This document shows positions 1 through 10,155 of a stretch of 64,000 nucleotides of DNA, one piece after another (the stretch's first letter is position 1; every line of letters starts with the position of its first letter). The stretch is from Lachnospiraceae bacterium (lineage in GTDB: Bacteria > Bacillota > Clostridia > Lachnospirales > Lachnospiraceae), in the NCBI GenBank assembly GCA_022794265.1, contig JAAWEK010000010.1:5049-69048 (forward strand). The letters run 5' to 3'. A model generated the notes under the pieces. That model was not told the origin of the DNA. It saw nothing but the letters and a program-made list of their open reading frames with translations, and searched no databases. The position numbers and the translations under genes are program-made.

Positions 1-1
1 A

Positions 2-568
2 CTAAAAACCGGATTATTAAATCCAAAGGTTATGGGTGTTAATATTAAGACTTTATTGTATCAGGTACCAGGTGGAATGTTGTCAAATCTGGTGTCACAG
101 CTGAAGGATGCTCATGCAGAGGATAAATATTACGACGTTCTTGAGGAAATTCCAAAGGTGAGAAAAGACTTTGGTGAACCGCCGCTTGTTACTCCGTCCT
201 CACAGATTGTTGGTACCCAGGCAGTGTTAAATGTTCTTCAGGGTGAGCGTTACAAGATGGCTACGAAAGAATCTAAGAAAATATTAAGCGGAGAATTCGG
301 TAAAACCGTAAAACCGTTCAATCCGGAGGTACAGAAGAAATGTATTGGTGATACAAAGCCGATTACCTGTCGTCCGGCCGATTTAATCAAGCCACAGCTT
401 GAAGAGTTTAAGAAAGAGTGTGAGCAGTATATTACTCAGGAAGAAGATGTATTATCCTATGCTTTATTCCCGCAGGTAGCCACAGATTTCTTTAAATACA
501 GACAGGCACAGCAGACCAAGGTGGATCCGGCTGCCGCTGATACCAAGGATGGCGCATATCCGGTATAA
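2..568 (+). CDS. Carboxyltransferase-type subunit, C-terminal part (oxaloacetate decarboxylase alpha / pyruvate carboxylase B / methylmalonyl-CoA carboxyltransferase 5S family); 5' end lies outside the window
   Basis: Frame is open from the window edge. LYQVPGGMLSNL...PPLVTPSSQIVGTQAVLNV is typical of the conserved carboxylase domain. No biotinyl AMKM tail before the stop. Confidence 0.7.
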   Translation, partial: LKTGLLNPKVMGVNIKTLLYQVPGGMLSNLVSQLKDAHAEDKYYDVLEEIPKVRKDFGEPPLVTPSSQIVGTQAVLNVLQGERYKMATKESKKILSGEFGKTVKPFNPEVQKKCIGDTKPITCRPADLIKPQLEEFKKECEQYITQEEDVLSYALFPQVATDFFKYRQAQQTKVDPAAADTKDGAYPV

Positions 569-580
569 TTATAAATAATT

Positions 581-613
581 CAGGCTGTTGCAGAATTGCA
601 ACAGCCTGTTTTT
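581..613 (+). terminator. Rho-independent terminator
   Basis: Hairpin CAGGCTGTTGCA-gaa-TGCAACAGCCTG followed by TTTTT. Confidence 0.85.
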
Positions 614-709
614 CAACCGATGAGTATTTTTGGCGGCATTCCGGATGGCAGGAATGATTTTTCAAATACGCTCTAGCATTGATAAGAAAGATGAGGCATA
701 GAACAGTTA

Positions 710-1630
710 ATGAGTAGTGATAAAACAGGACAGGATAGTCTGATATCCAGAATCAGTCAGAAATATGATACAATGAGTAAAGGGCAGAAAAAACTTGCCA
801 CATATATAACGGCAAATTATGATAAAGCTGTATTTTTAACAGCAGCAAAATTGGGTGAGACGGTATCGGTCAGTGAATCTACTGCGGTACGGTTTGCTAC
901 ATTACTTGGATACGACGGTTTTCCGGAATTTCATAAGGCATTGGAAGAACTGGTACAGGAACGGTTGAATTCTATTTCAAAGATAGAGATTACGGAATCT
1001 AAATTATCCAAAGCCGAGGTATTGGAAACGGTCATGGTTTCCGATGCGGAGAAAATCCGCCTGACTCTTCAGTCCATATCCAAAGAGGCATTTGAAGAAG
1101 CGGTAGAGAGCATAATGAATGGAGAGCGAATTTATATTATAGGAATTCGGAACTGTATGCCTTTGGCCTCTTTTTTGGGATTTTATCTGAACCTGATGTT
1201 TAATAACGTGACAGTGGTTACCACTAACAGCGCCAGCGAAATTTTTGAACAGATGATAAACATCAATCCCCGGGATGTGGTCATCGGAATCAGTTTTCCC
1301 AGATATTCCATGCGTACACTGAAAGCCATGGAATTTGCCAATGACAGAAATGCAAAAGTTATATCTATTACTGATGATAAAAATTCACCGTTAAACCTGT
1401 ATTCTTCCTGTAATCTGCTGGCTCGGAGTGAAATGGCAACTGTGGTAGATTCTCTGGTGGCACCAATGAGTGTCATCAATGCCATGATAGTCTCACTGTT
1501 TATGAAAAAACCGGAAATTGTAACGGGAAAGCTGGAAATGCTGGAACGGATTTGGGAGGATTATCAGATATACTCCAGTGATGAAATCAATGTGGCAGAG
1601 GACGAGGTGGCGATTCGGACATTTCGGTGA
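710..1630 (+). CDS. MurR/RpiR family transcriptional regulator (HTH + SIS domain)
   Basis: 306-aa ORF. The N-terminus (GQKKLATYI...AAKLGETVSVSESTAVRFA) is an HTH_6-like motif and the C-terminal half is SIS-like (RIYIIGIRNC...). Confidence 0.8.
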   Translation: MSSDKTGQDSLISRISQKYDTMSKGQKKLATYITANYDKAVFLTAAKLGETVSVSESTAVRFATLLGYDGFPEFHKALEELVQERLNSISKIEITESKLSKAEVLETVMVSDAEKIRLTLQSISKEAFEEAVESIMNGERIYIIGIRNCMPLASFLGFYLNLMFNNVTVVTTNSASEIFEQMININPRDVVIGISFPRYSMRTLKAMEFANDRNAKVISITDDKNSPLNLYSSCNLLARSEMATVVDSLVAPMSVINAMIVSLFMKKPEIVTGKLEMLERIWEDYQIYSSDEINVAEDEVAIRTFR

Positions 1631-1659
1631 GGATGGATTGGAAGGCGGACGCCGTCAGA

Positions 1660-1882
1660 GGCGGGGATACGGACCGGCAGCGTGCGGTGCTCCGAAACTT
1701 GAACTTCTAAGGGAATAATGGGAAGGTTGGTTTAAGGCGGACGGATCCGCACATAATTCGCCCTCCATGGCTCACTATGTGCTTAAACGGACGTCCGTGT
1801 CCGTTTATTCCTGATTATCAAATTATTCCCTAAGAAGTTCTACGTTTCTCCGCAATGCACACCGCCGGTCCGTATCCCCGCC
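1660..1882. repeat. Nested-palindrome repeat, copy A (140-bp core 1701-1840 with 19-nt terminal inverted repeats, plus pairing GC-rich flanks)
   Basis: The core starts GAACTTCTAAGGGAATAAT and ends ATTATTCCCTAAGAAGTTC. The flanks GGCGGGGATACGGACCGG and CCGGTCCGTATCCCCGCC are complementary. Confidence 0.85.
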
Positions 1883-2128
1883 TCCGGCGGCTGTGCAATG
1901 GCGAAATCCCTGCATCGAAATGTGTGGGAGGGAGAATTTTGAAAGCCTTTAGTTTTTTGGAAAAACTGTGTATTGACAAAAGCTGTACATTAAAATGTTT
2001 GTGTGAGAAGAATTGAGAAGCCTGTAATTTTTGAAAGATTAGTGGTTAGAAAAATCCCTCCCCTTCTTCCACAGAATTGTTTGTTAGCATTTGCTCTATT
2101 TTCTTCCTTTTGCCAAAGAACAGCCGGT

Positions 2129-2360
2129 GGGCGGGGTGGACCAGCCGTTTTCGGGGCATTGCGGAGAAATTTAGAACTTCTTAGGGAATAATTTGCTATC
2201 AGGAATAAACGGACATGGACGTCCGTTTAAGCACATAGTGAGCCATGGAGGGCGAATTATGTGCGGTTCCGTCCGCCTGAGACCAATCTTCCCATTATTC
2301 CCTTAGAAGTTCTTAATTTTGCAGCACCGTCCCGAAAACGGCTGGTCCGCACCGTCCGCC
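2129..2360. repeat. Nested-palindrome repeat, copy B (core 2174-2312), inverted relative to copy A
   Basis: The reverse complement of 2174-2312 aligns with 1701-1840, with about 8 mismatches or indels by eye. The flanks GGCGGGGTGGACCAGCCGTTTTCGGG and CCCGAAAACGGCTGGTCCGCACCGTCCGCC pair. Confidence 0.85.
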
Positions 2361-2439
2361 GGCGTCCCTTTTGCCACAACGAAGAAATCCAAAAAACTAA
2401 CAAACAATTTTAAATCTTATATTTGGAAAGGATATACCC

Positions 2440-3684
2440 ATGTCACAAAGTGTTTTTGTTATTGGCGCCGGAGCTGCCGGAATGATGGCTGCTGTTTGTG
2501 CTGCCGCCAGAGGATATGATGTAACCGTTTTTGAAAAGAATGAAAAGCCGGGTAAAAAGTTATATATTACTGGAAAAGGCAGATGTAATATTACAAATGC
2601 CTGTGATATTGAAGATTTGTTTCAAAACATTGTTACAAATAAAAAGTTTATGTATAGTTCGCTTTATGGATTTGATAACCAGGCAGTCATTGATTTTTTT
2701 GAACAGCATGGATTGCATACCAAAGTGGAAAGGGGAAACCGGGTGTTTCCCATATCTGATAAATCTTCTGATGTTATCAGTGTGTTGAAAACGGCCATGC
2801 AGAAGGCAGGTGTCAGGATTCGGTATATGACAAATGTAGAGGATATTATTGTGGAACAGGATTGCGTGAAAGGTGTGATTTTCTCCAATGGAAAAAAGGA
2901 ATGGACGGATAATGTTATTTTAGCTACTGGCGGACTGTCCTATCCGGTAACCGGCTCCGATGGTATGGGAATGGAAATACTGGCCAGACATGGACACAAA
3001 ATAATCCCGACCCGTCCGGCTCTTGTTCCAATGAATGTGAAAGAAGAATTTATTAAAGAAATGCAGGGATTGTCTTTAAAAAATGTCCGAGGGGCATTTT
3101 ACTTAAAGTCAAAGCAGGGAAAAAAGCCGGTTTATGAAGAATTTGGTGAAATGTTATTTACACATTTTGGCATAAGTGGGCCGATTGTACTGAGTGCCAG
3201 CAGTTTTCTGGCAAAATATATTTCCAAAGAGGAAGTTATATTCAAAATTGACCTAAAGCCGGCATTGTCATTCGGGCAATTAGATGATAGAATACTAAGG
3301 GAATTTGAAAAAAACAGAAATCGGGATTTTAAAAATTCTCTGGACGATTTGCTTCCGAAGAAGATGATTCCGGTAATGATTGCATACTGTGGGATTGACC
3401 CGTATAAAAAAGTAAATGTAATATCAAAAGAAGAGCGGCAGAATCTGGTGAAATCGCTGAAAGAATTTACCATGACGGTGGTATCTTTGCGGGGATATAA
3501 TGAGGCGATTATTACACAGGGTGGGATCGATGTTAAGGAAATCAACCCGGCTACCATGGAGTCCAGACGGATTCAACATTTATTTTTAGCCGGAGAACTG
3601 CTGGATGTTGATGCCCTGACGGGAGGATTTAATCTGCAGATTGCATGGTCTACCGGGCATTTGGCCGGGGAAAGCGTATATTAA
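2440..3684 (+). CDS. NAD(P)/FAD-dependent oxidoreductase, HI0933/BaiN-like flavoprotein
   Basis: 414 aa. Dinucleotide-binding motif VFVIGAGAAGMMAA and the family motif GKGRCNITN. RBS GGAAAGGA lies upstream. Confidence 0.85.
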   Translation: MSQSVFVIGAGAAGMMAAVCAAARGYDVTVFEKNEKPGKKLYITGKGRCNITNACDIEDLFQNIVTNKKFMYSSLYGFDNQAVIDFFEQHGLHTKVERGNRVFPISDKSSDVISVLKTAMQKAGVRIRYMTNVEDIIVEQDCVKGVIFSNGKKEWTDNVILATGGLSYPVTGSDGMGMEILARHGHKIIPTRPALVPMNVKEEFIKEMQGLSLKNVRGAFYLKSKQGKKPVYEEFGEMLFTHFGISGPIVLSASSFLAKYISKEEVIFKIDLKPALSFGQLDDRILREFEKNRNRDFKNSLDDLLPKKMIPVMIAYCGIDPYKKVNVISKEERQNLVKSLKEFTMTVVSLRGYNEAIITQGGIDVKEINPATMESRRIQHLFLAGELLDVDALTGGFNLQIAWSTGHLAGESVY

Positions 3685-3704
3685 AGACGAAAGGATTTTA
3701 ATAC

Positions 3705-4379
3705 ATGAATGGAACAATAAATGTAGCGGTTGATGGACCTTCCGGTGCCGGAAAAAGTACCGTTGCCAGACTTGCCGCCGGAAAGCTGGGATATGTGTAT
3801 GTGGATACTGGAGCGATGTACCGGGCACTGGCACTGGCATGTCTTCGAAAGGGATTTGCTCCAGAAGATGAAGCCAGTATTATAAAAACCTGTCTGGAGT
3901 CGGATGTAACGATTACCTATGACGGCGGCGAACAGGTAGTATTGCTGGATGGAGAAAATGTCAATTCTTTAATCCGGTCCGAAGAAGTCAGCAGAATGAC
4001 TTCTCCGGTTTCTGCATATCCACGGGTAAGGGAAAAGCTGCTTCAGCTGCAGAGAAATCTGGCTGCAGAGCATAATGTTATTATGGATGGCAGGGATATT
4101 GGAACAAATGTTCTGCCAGATGCTAACCCGAAGATTTATTTAACGGCTTCTGTGAAAACCAGAGCAGCCAGACGGTATGCGGAACAGAAGGAACGGGGAC
4201 TGGACTGCACGCTGGAGAACATCGAAAAAGATATTGAAGAACGGGATTTCAGGGATATGCACAGGAAATGTGCACCACTGACTGTTGCTGAGGGAGCTGT
4301 TCTGTTGGATACATCAGATATGAATATTGATGAAGCGGTCAATGAAGTAATTAAAATAATAGACAGGTGTAAAGCATAA
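3705..4379 (+). CDS. cmk: Cytidylate kinase
   Basis: INVAVDGPSGAGKSTVARLAA...YVDTGAMYRA is the classic Cmk N-terminus. 224 aa. Confidence 0.93.
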   Translation: MNGTINVAVDGPSGAGKSTVARLAAGKLGYVYVDTGAMYRALALACLRKGFAPEDEASIIKTCLESDVTITYDGGEQVVLLDGENVNSLIRSEEVSRMTSPVSAYPRVREKLLQLQRNLAAEHNVIMDGRDIGTNVLPDANPKIYLTASVKTRAARRYAEQKERGLDCTLENIEKDIEERDFRDMHRKCAPLTVAEGAVLLDTSDMNIDEAVNEVIKIIDRCKA

Positions 4380-4380
4380 A

Positions 4381-5238
4381 ATGAAAGTAAAAGTTGCAAA
4401 AAGTGCAGGTTTCTGTTTTGGTGTAAAACGGGCAGTGGAACAGGTCTATGAACAGATTGAAATCAATAACGGATTGAAGAAAATATATACCTATGGGCCC
4501 ATCATTCACAATGAAGAAGTGGTGAATGATCTGGCGGAAAAAGGCGTAACGGTTATTGATTCCAAAGAAGAACTGGAACAGCTCAGTGAAGGTGTTATTA
4601 TTATACGTTCTCATGGTGTTGAAAAAGAAATTTATGACATTGTTGAGAAAAAAGGACTGACCCTTGTCGATGCCACATGTCCATTTGTAAGGAAAATTCA
4701 TAAAATAGTCGAAAATGAAAAGAATAAGAACAGGCATATTATTATCATTGGAAATGAAAATCATCCGGAAGTGGAAGGAATCAAAGGCTGGGCAGGAGAT
4801 GATAAATCTGTTATCAGCACGGAAGAAGAAGCAAAAGAGTTTACTTTGCCGGCGGGAAAATCGGCATGTATCGTATCGCAAACGACATTTAACTACAATA
4901 AATTTAAATATCTAGTTGAAATTATTTCGAAAAAGGGTTATGATATAAGTGTTTTAGACACAATTTGCAATGCCACCCATGAGCGGCAGGCAGAAGCAAA
5001 GGAAATTGCAAAAGAAGTAGATGCCATGATAGTTATTGGCGGCAGACACAGCTCCAATACACAGAAGCTATATGAAATTTGCAGACAGGAATGTAATAAT
5101 ACTTACTATATACAGACACTAGAAGATTTAGACCTTAGTGAACTCAAAGAGAATAGTTACGTAGGTATTACAGCCGGGGCTTCCACCCCAAATAATATAA
5201 TCGAGGAGGTTCATACTAATGTCAGAACAGAGTTTTGA
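4381..5238 (+). CDS. ispH: 4-hydroxy-3-methylbut-2-enyl diphosphate reductase
   Basis: AGFCFGVKRAV, the CPFV and SQTT motifs, and SSNT near the C-terminus. 285 aa. Confidence 0.92.
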   Translation: MKVKVAKSAGFCFGVKRAVEQVYEQIEINNGLKKIYTYGPIIHNEEVVNDLAEKGVTVIDSKEELEQLSEGVIIIRSHGVEKEIYDIVEKKGLTLVDATCPFVRKIHKIVENEKNKNRHIIIIGNENHPEVEGIKGWAGDDKSVISTEEEAKEFTLPAGKSACIVSQTTFNYNKFKYLVEIISKKGYDISVLDTICNATHERQAEAKEIAKEVDAMIVIGGRHSSNTQKLYEICRQECNNTYYIQTLEDLDLSELKENSYVGITAGASTPNNIIEEVHTNVRTEF

Positions 5239-6319
5239 ACAACTGTTTGAAGAACAGGGCATGAAACAAATACGAACAGGAGAGATCGTTGAGGGCACAG
5301 TAATCAGCGTTAAAGAAGATGAAATCGTCTTAAATATAGGTTACAAAGCAGATGGTATTGTTACTCGTAGTGAATACACCAATACACCAAACGTTGATTT
5401 GACCACATGTGTTTCCGTTGGTGACACTATGGAAGTAAAAGTGCTTAAGGTTAATGACGGCGAAGGCCAGGTATTATTAACATACAAACGTCTCGCAGCA
5501 GAAAAAGGCAACAAGAGGATTGAAGAGGCGTTCCAGAATAAGGAAGTCTTAAAGGCAAAGGTTATTCAGGTTATGACAGGCGGATTAAGTGTTTCTGTGG
5601 AAGAAACCAGAATCTTTATTCCTGCAAGTCTGGTGTCTGACACTTATGAGAAAGATTTGACCAAGTATGCCGATCAGGAAATTGAATTTGTTGTAACTGA
5701 ATTTGATCCGAAGAAGAGAAGAATCATTGGTAACCGCAAGATGCTTCTTGTGGCAGCTAAAGAAGCCAGAATGAAAGAATTACTGGAGACATTAAAAGAA
5801 GGAGATATCGTGGAAGGTACAATCAAGAATGTTACCAATTTCGGTGCATTTATTGATTTGGGCGGAATTGACGGATTACTTCATATTTCAGAAATGTCAT
5901 GGGGCAGAGTAGAGAATCCACAGAAGACCTTTAAGGCAGGCACACAGATTAAGGTGCTGGTAAAGGAAATCAATGGCGAGAAGATTGCGTTGAGCCTGAA
6001 GTTTGATGATACCAATCCATGGTTAAAGGCGGCCATAAATTACCAGACTGGTACTATTGTAACTGGCAAGGTTGCCAGAATGACAGATTTTGGTGCGTTT
6101 ATTGAATTGGAACCGGGTATAGATGCATTACTGCATGTATCACAGATTTCAAAGGAAAGAATTGATAAACCGGCAGATGTATTATCGGTTGGACAGGAAA
6201 TTGAAGCAAAAGTTGTTGATTTCAATGAGTCTGAGAAAAAAATCAGTCTGAGTATCAAAGCTTTACTGGCTGATACGGAAACAAAGGAAGAAGAGGAAGA
6301 ACAGACAGAAGAGGCATAA
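5219..6319 (+). CDS. rpsA: 30S ribosomal protein S1 (four S1 domains)
   Basis: Repeated S1-fold units (G.IVEGTV..V....V.L; FGAFIDLGGIDGLLHISE; FGAFIELEPGIDALLHVSQ). GAGGAGG lies 8 nt before the ATG. The gene overlaps the ispH end by 20 nt. Confidence 0.9.
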   Translation: MSEQSFEQLFEEQGMKQIRTGEIVEGTVISVKEDEIVLNIGYKADGIVTRSEYTNTPNVDLTTCVSVGDTMEVKVLKVNDGEGQVLLTYKRLAAEKGNKRIEEAFQNKEVLKAKVIQVMTGGLSVSVEETRIFIPASLVSDTYEKDLTKYADQEIEFVVTEFDPKKRRIIGNRKMLLVAAKEARMKELLETLKEGDIVEGTIKNVTNFGAFIDLGGIDGLLHISEMSWGRVENPQKTFKAGTQIKVLVKEINGEKIALSLKFDDTNPWLKAAINYQTGTIVTGKVARMTDFGAFIELEPGIDALLHVSQISKERIDKPADVLSVGQEIEAKVVDFNESEKKISLSIKALLADTETKEEEEEQTEEA

Positions 6320-6361
6320 GCCTGGTATCTTCATCTATAATAAACATACGGAGGCTGGATA

Positions 6362-7135
6362 GTGGATTACGAACAATTCAAAGTTCAGATATATAATTTA
6401 ACTCATATTGATTTAAACGCCTATAAAGAACGGCAGATGAAGCGCAGAATTGATGCACTGATTTCGAAACATAAATTTGAAGGCTATGAACCATATGTTG
6501 CTGAAATCTGTAAAAATTCTAAATTGTTTGAAGAATTCATCAACTATCTGACTATTAATGTTTCTGAGTTTTACCGTAATCCGGAACAGTGGCGGAATTT
6601 GGAAAATGAGATAATTCCATATCTGATTCAGACGTTTGGAAACCGTTTGAAGATTTGGAGTGCCGCCTGTTCCACAGGTGATGAGCCATACTCTCTTGTG
6701 ATGGCGTTATCAAAATTTATGCCACTGTCTAATATTAAGATTATTGCAACGGATATCGACCGGCAAGTGTTGGAAAAAGCCCATGTAGGTCTGTATAATC
6801 AGAAAAGTCTGGAAGGTGTTCCGAAAGAATTTGTTGCAAAGTATTTTAATAGGATTGGTGAGAAAAATTTTCAGATTTCTGATGAAATTAAGAAGTGTGT
6901 GGAATTTAAACAACATAATCTTCTTTTGGATGCATATCCGGAAAATTGTGATATGATTGTCTGTAGAAATGTAGTTATATATTTCACGGATGAGGCTAAG
7001 AACCAAATATATCAGAAATTTAATCAGTCATTAAATAAAGGTGGAATATTATTTGTCGGCAGTACAGAGCAGATTATAAATTATAGAGAATTAAATTATT
7101 CCACTGTTAAATCATTTTTTTACAAAAAGAATTAA
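6362..7135 (+). CDS. cheR: CheR-type protein-glutamate O-methyltransferase (orphan, no che neighbours)
   Basis: SEFYRNPEQW and the SAM motif IWSAACSTGDEPYSL. GTG start after GGAGG. Confidence 0.8.
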   Translation: MDYEQFKVQIYNLTHIDLNAYKERQMKRRIDALISKHKFEGYEPYVAEICKNSKLFEEFINYLTINVSEFYRNPEQWRNLENEIIPYLIQTFGNRLKIWSAACSTGDEPYSLVMALSKFMPLSNIKIIATDIDRQVLEKAHVGLYNQKSLEGVPKEFVAKYFNRIGEKNFQISDEIKKCVEFKQHNLLLDAYPENCDMIVCRNVVIYFTDEAKNQIYQKFNQSLNKGGILFVGSTEQIINYRELNYSTVKSFFYKKN

Positions 7136-7144
7136 ACGATTAGG

Positions 7145-7171
7145 GGCTGTCCTGAACTGAATGGGACAGCC
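7145..7171 (+). terminator. Possible weak terminator
   Basis: GGCTGTCC-N11-GGACAGCC hairpin, but the T-tract is poor. Confidence 0.35.
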
Positions 7172-7198
7172 TAATTAACTTGAAGGGAATATTAAGAC

Positions 7199-7756
7199 AT
7201 GCGTGTAATAGCAGGAAGCGCCAGACGGTTAAATTTAAAGACTGTGCCGGGCAGAGAAATCAGACCCACGACTGACAGGGTTAAAGAAACGTTGTTTAAT
7301 ATGATACAGAATGATGTACCGGGGTGCCTGTTTCTTGATTTATTTAGCGGAAGTGGTGCGATTGGAATAGAAGCGTTAAGCAGAGGGGCCGGACAGGCAT
7401 ATTTTGTTGATAATGGTAATATGGCAGTTGCCTGCATTCGGGAAAACCTAAGGTTTACAAAACTGGAGGATAGTGGTATTGTAATGGAATGTAGTGCGGT
7501 TACCGCAATATCCCGCCTGGAATCTAAAAATCTTTGTTTTGATATCATTTTTATGGACCCGCCGTATGGAATGAATCTGGAAGCAGAGGTACTGGACAGG
7601 CTTCAGAATTCTTCACTGGTGGGAGAAGATACGCTTGTTATAGTGGAAGCTTCTCTGGATACGTCCTTTGGTTATCTGGAGGATTATGGTTTTGAGATTC
7701 TTAAGACCAAGGAATATAAAACAAATAAGCACGTATTTATAACAAGAAAACGGTAA
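7199..7756 (+). CDS. rsmD: 16S rRNA (guanine966-N2)-methyltransferase
   Basis: [11 protein letters not shown]....[35 protein letters not shown] and DPPY. Confidence 0.92.
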   Translation: MRVIAGSARRLNLKTVPGREIRPTTDRVKETLFNMIQNDVPGCLFLDLFSGSGAIGIEALSRGAGQAYFVDNGNMAVACIRENLRFTKLEDSGIVMECSAVTAISRLESKNLCFDIIFMDPPYGMNLEAEVLDRLQNSSLVGEDTLVIVEASLDTSFGYLEDYGFEILKTKEYKTNKHVFITRKR

Positions 7757-7799
7757 TTTGCCAACAGATTGCATACGACAGGAAAGGCAGGATGGCAGA

Positions 7800-8294
7800 A
7801 TGAAGATTGGAATTTATCCGGGAAGCTTTGATCCGGTTACGAAAGGTCATTTAGATATTATTGAACGCTCGGCAAAAATGGTAGATAAATTATTTGTGGC
7901 GGTTTTAAATAATAATGCAAAATCTCCGTTGTTTTCTGTAGACGAACGTGTTAATATGTTATGTGAAGTTACGAAGGATATACCGAATGTACAGATTGAT
8001 GCATTCAGTGGTCTTTTGGTAGACTATGCAAAAAGACGAAATGCCACCATCATAATCCGGGGACTGCGGGCAGTCACTGATTTTGAATATGAACTGCAGA
8101 TGTCCCAGACCAACCGGATTATGGATGAGAATGTGGATACTATTTTTTTAACAACGAGTTTACAATATGCATATTTATGCTCCAGTACAGTAAAGGAAGT
8201 GGCACTGTGCGGTGGAGAAGTGGGTAAATTTGTACCGGAATATGTAGTAGAGAAAATAAAGGAAAAGGTTAGTCTGTTAAATGCAGGCGAATAA
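7800..8294 (+). CDS. coaD: Phosphopantetheine adenylyltransferase
   Basis: [21 protein letters not shown]. The start is placed at the internal ATG 7800, not the ORF-track start 7758. Confidence 0.92.
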   Translation: MKIGIYPGSFDPVTKGHLDIIERSAKMVDKLFVAVLNNNAKSPLFSVDERVNMLCEVTKDIPNVQIDAFSGLLVDYAKRRNATIIIRGLRAVTDFEYELQMSQTNRIMDENVDTIFLTTSLQYAYLCSSTVKEVALCGGEVGKFVPEYVVEKIKEKVSLLNAGE

Positions 8295-8307
8295 GGAGGA
8301 ATGAAGA

Positions 8308-8940
8308 GTGATTAAGTATGAACAGACACTTTCGGAATTGGAGGAATTCCTTGATAATTGTAGAAAGCAGAAATTGTCCAGTACAAATATCATTGTAAAT
8401 AAGGATCAGATTGATGAATACATATCTGAGTTAAAAATGAAGACTCCTGAAGAAATAAAAAAATACCAGAGGATTATTAATAATCGGGACGCGATTTTAA
8501 ACGCAGCGCAGGATAAAGCTGATGAAATGATTGAGCAGGCAAAACTAGAAACCAGTGAGCTGATTTCTGAACATGAGATTATGCAACAGGCATATCAGCA
8601 GGCGAATGCAATGGTGGAAGAAGCATCAGCTGAGGCCCAGCAGATACTGGATCATGCAGTGAATGATGCAAATGATATAAGAATGGGTGCAATGCAGTAT
8701 ACCGATGAAATTCTTGCAAATCTTCAGAACATTATTACTCATACAATGGAAAATATAACGATTAAGTATGAAAGCTTTATGAAGTCACTGAATAACAGTC
8801 TGGAAATTGTAATCGCTAACCGCAACGAGTTGGTTCCGTCTCAGGAGGAACAAAGTACAGAGCCCATTCAGACAGAAGAAACGGTACAGCAGGATATGGG
8901 CGGTGCGGAATTTGAAGACTATACGGTTGATTTGAGCTAA
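8308..8940 (+). CDS. Hypothetical coiled-coil protein (ATPase-subunit-H/DivIVA-like composition)
   Basis: 210-aa ORF rich in Q, E and A. AAGGAGG lies 8 nt before the GTG start. It occupies a conserved position after coaD. Confidence 0.6.
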   Translation: MIKYEQTLSELEEFLDNCRKQKLSSTNIIVNKDQIDEYISELKMKTPEEIKKYQRIINNRDAILNAAQDKADEMIEQAKLETSELISEHEIMQQAYQQANAMVEEASAEAQQILDHAVNDANDIRMGAMQYTDEILANLQNIITHTMENITIKYESFMKSLNNSLEIVIANRNELVPSQEEQSTEPIQTEETVQQDMGGAEFEDYTVDLS

Positions 8941-8957
8941 TTGTAATTGCCATATGG

Positions 8958-9004
8958 CTGCCTATTTTATATCAGGATGATATTAAGATAGGCAGATTTT
9001 TGTT
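8958..9004 (+). terminator. Rho-independent terminator
   Basis: CTGCCTAT-N22-ATAGGCAG followed by ATTTTTGTT. Confidence 0.75.
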
Positions 9005-9033
9005 GTCTGTATCAGAGAGACGGCCTCATGGAG

Positions 9034-10014
9034 TTACAGGCTGATGTGGAACAGGTTTAAGGCGGTTAGATATAACAGTATGACAGATATGGCCATCAGT
9101 AGCCGGGCAGAAAAATATCTTCTGAGTGAAATATTTTTATTTGTACATACGCTTCGGGTCTGCATTAGTGTAGAAAATCCTCCAAAGGAGGTTGCTGCTA
9201 TACAGCAGACAGCTTTTACCGGAAGCGGGTATACGGATTCCGAGAGATAGTAGGAACCGGTAGTTATTTCACAGAGAGAGGCCAGAAAATATTTAAAAGG
9301 AAGGTGAATTGGCAGCTTCTGATAAATAAAGGCAGATAAAATGGAGAAAATAATCAGGTAGCCGCAAAGTTTTATCATGGTCTTAAAGGATTCAAGAATA
9401 CAGGTATCCAGTGTCTTGACGGAAAAAGGTTCCGGATGATTGTAGGAATCCGAATCCCTGCGGGACTGGAAGGTTTCAATACTTCTGTTTGTATGACTAG
9501 CGGTAAAACCAGACAGAATACCGAACAATATAATCGGAATATAGTATAAGAGAATAAAAAATATTTTATGCCGGACCGGACCGAGGAGACTAATCAGCAG
9601 ATAATTCTGAAGATAACCGGGGCTGGTGTTATTGGAAAAACAAATAATCCGGTTTGCTTCCTTTTCTGATATCAGATGTTGTTCCAGTAAATCATTGGTG
9701 ACTTTGGCTCCCAGAGGATAACCGCAGAAAAATCCCATGAATACGGCATATCCGCCGTACAGGCTGGTACGGAAGAACAGATGCATGACAGGATACAGAA
9801 GTTTCCCGATTATCTGAACCACGCCCAGACGCATGATGATGTTGGATATCAGAACAAAAGGGAAAATGGAAGGCATAAGAGCTGTCAGACAGAGATGGAT
9901 ACCAGTATTTACCCCTGAAAGGCAGATATCAGGGAACAGTAACAGCATGGAAAACAGGAACAGGATACAGCCAAGGGAAATTATATGTCTGGAATTTGTA
10001 TTCATAAAGTACAC
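9034..10014 (-). CDS. ylbJ: YlbJ-like sporulation integral membrane protein (nucleoside-recognition-type membrane protein)
   Basis: Polytopic membrane ORF. It sits in the rsmD-coaD-ylbJ neighbourhood known from Bacillus. The start is uncertain (GTG 10014 or ATG 10005). Confidence 0.6.
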   Translation of the reverse strand: MYFMNTNSRHIISLGCILFLFSMLLLFPDICLSGVNTGIHLCLTALMPSIFPFVLISNIIMRLGVVQIIGKLLYPVMHLFFRTSLYGGYAVFMGFFCGYPLGAKVTNDLLEQHLISEKEANRIICFSNNTSPGYLQNYLLISLLGPVRHKIFFILLYYIPIILFGILSGFTASHTNRSIETFQSRRDSDSYNHPEPFSVKTLDTCILESFKTMIKLCGYLIIFSILSAFIYQKLPIHLPFKYFLASLCEITTGSYYLSESVYPLPVKAVCCIAATSFGGFSTLMQTRSVCTNKNISLRRYFSARLLMAISVILLYLTALNLFHISL

Positions 10015-10087
10015 CGGTTCTGTGTTGGTTACTTATATATATGAAAATTCATTTTGAAAAATGTGCAGACGAGTAAGGGATTATGAA

Positions 10088-10116
10088 TTGACCAGTTTTT
10101 AACTTTATGATATGAT
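10088..10116 (+). promoter_or_regulatory. Sigma-A type promoter for asnB
   Basis: TTGACC-17 nt-TATGAT, about 40 nt upstream of the asnB start. Confidence 0.55.
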
Positions 10117-10155
10117 TGCCAGAGAATTATTTTAGTAGAATAGGAGAGAACCCGT

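Noticed and set aside
2003-2519. ORFs 2003-2191 and 2319-2519 in the repeat-filled gap
   Set aside because: They run across palindrome arms, have Arg/Pro/Gly-rich translations typical of GC-rich non-coding DNA, have no RBS, and the second overlaps the real start at 2440.
5219-5238. ispH and rpsA overlap by 20 nt, whereas many Clostridia carry a fused ispH-rpsA gene, so a frameshifted fusion was considered
   Set aside because: A strong GAGGAGG RBS lies 8 nt upstream of the rpsA ATG and a clean ispH stop is present. These argue for two genuine genes. Without comparison genomes this is not evidence of a pseudogene.
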